DNA from: Amoebophrya sp. A120
Taxonomy: Eukaryota; Protista; Dinoflagellata
DNA: 64,000 nucleotides
Direction: 5' to 3'
Assembly: GCA_905178155.1 (NCBI GenBank)
Contig: CAJINV010000009.1
Span: forward strand, 3,554,275 to 3,618,274
Below, piece by piece: positions 63,481-64,000 of the stretch. Every line of letters starts with the position of its first letter. The first letter of the stretch is position 1. Below the pieces are notes generated by a model that was given only the letters and a program-made list of their open reading frames with translations, had not been told where the DNA came from and ran no database searches. Made by a program: the position numbers and the translations under genes.

Positions 63481-63954
63481 TCGTGCATTTGCACCGGGAC
63501 CCCGGACCCGTTATTCTCGACGGAGATTCTCCCGGTATTCGTGTCCATCTCAACTCTGATTTCGTCGCAGGTGCTGTCGCGCTGCATGTGGTCCGCGGCG
63601 TTTACCAGGATCTCGTCGAAGATTTTGTACAGGGCGGGACAGTACCTGATAGCAAAAGTATAGAGCTTCATCGTCTTCATGCATTACACGCCTTTGCCTC
63701 AGGCCGCGAGTTTTGCATCACAAATAATTGTTCTCGCCATGCAGTACAACAACTTCCTTATACCTGAGAACCCTCTCCTCAAATTTCTCCCCCGCTGCGT
63801 TCAGCACGAACATCTTCTCTTTCCTCTCCTGCCGGGTCCCCACGTACGTATCTGGCCGGGCTAGAATGTGCTCGTGGTGCGTCATTTTGGAATATTGCTG
63901 TTCCTCCTTATTTGATGCACCAGCACCACCGCTCTCTTTGGAGCTGCCGGTGGC
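63481..63954 (-). pseudogene. TOP2: Type IIA DNA topoisomerase (Top2) N-terminal fragment, apparently truncated at an introner
   Basis: Spliced QYSKMTHHEHILARPDTYVG..RVLRYCPALYKIFDEILVNAADH..ISVENNGSGVPVQMH; intron 63646-63763. No Top2-like continuation is visible downstream, and the 5' end lies outside the window. Confidence 0.7.
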
Positions 63955-64000
63955 TATCCTGAGTAAAAACGTCCCCGCCCTAGCTTTGTGATGCAGATTT
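63955..64000. mobile_element. Family-K introner end, cut by the window edge
   Basis: TATCCTGAGTAAAAACGTCCCC matches the 53451 terminus. Confidence 0.75.

Noticed and set aside
62806-63663. 285-aa plus-strand ORF
   Set aside because: Largely antisense to the Top2 exon and the broken introner; no domain evidence.

Overview
Eukaryotic genomic DNA, most likely from a parasitic dinoflagellate of the Amoebophrya/Syndiniales type. That assignment is an inference from intron style and gene layout. Eleven intron-rich genes lie head-to-tail on the + strand: FN3/ILEI-like, F-box-like ankyrin, TSP1-vWA, a small CXorf65-like gene, kelch-RING, SPX-EXS, S1/P1-nuclease-like, Kv channel, CSN7-like and two EF-hand cation channels. 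A truncated topoisomerase II fragment follows on the - strand. The dominant signal is about 60 MITE-like introner introns from 10 or more sequence families. They share one grammar: 5-bp target duplication, TA, terminal inverted repeat, multiple GCAT(G/T/C)ACAA boxes, inverted repeat, TA, then the second 5-bp copy. Removing the element plus one duplication restored the reading frame at the coding junctions I joined by eye, although most lack GT-AG ends. Notable details: the same family sits in both orientations in same-strand genes; matched changes occur in both TIR arms; some copies appear to be turning into canonical GT-AG introns; copies cluster 38-103 nt apart; and one 150-nt-type introner has expanded to 2.8 kb with a satellite-rich cargo. 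All gene models were assembled by eye without RNA data, and family letters are my own labels.
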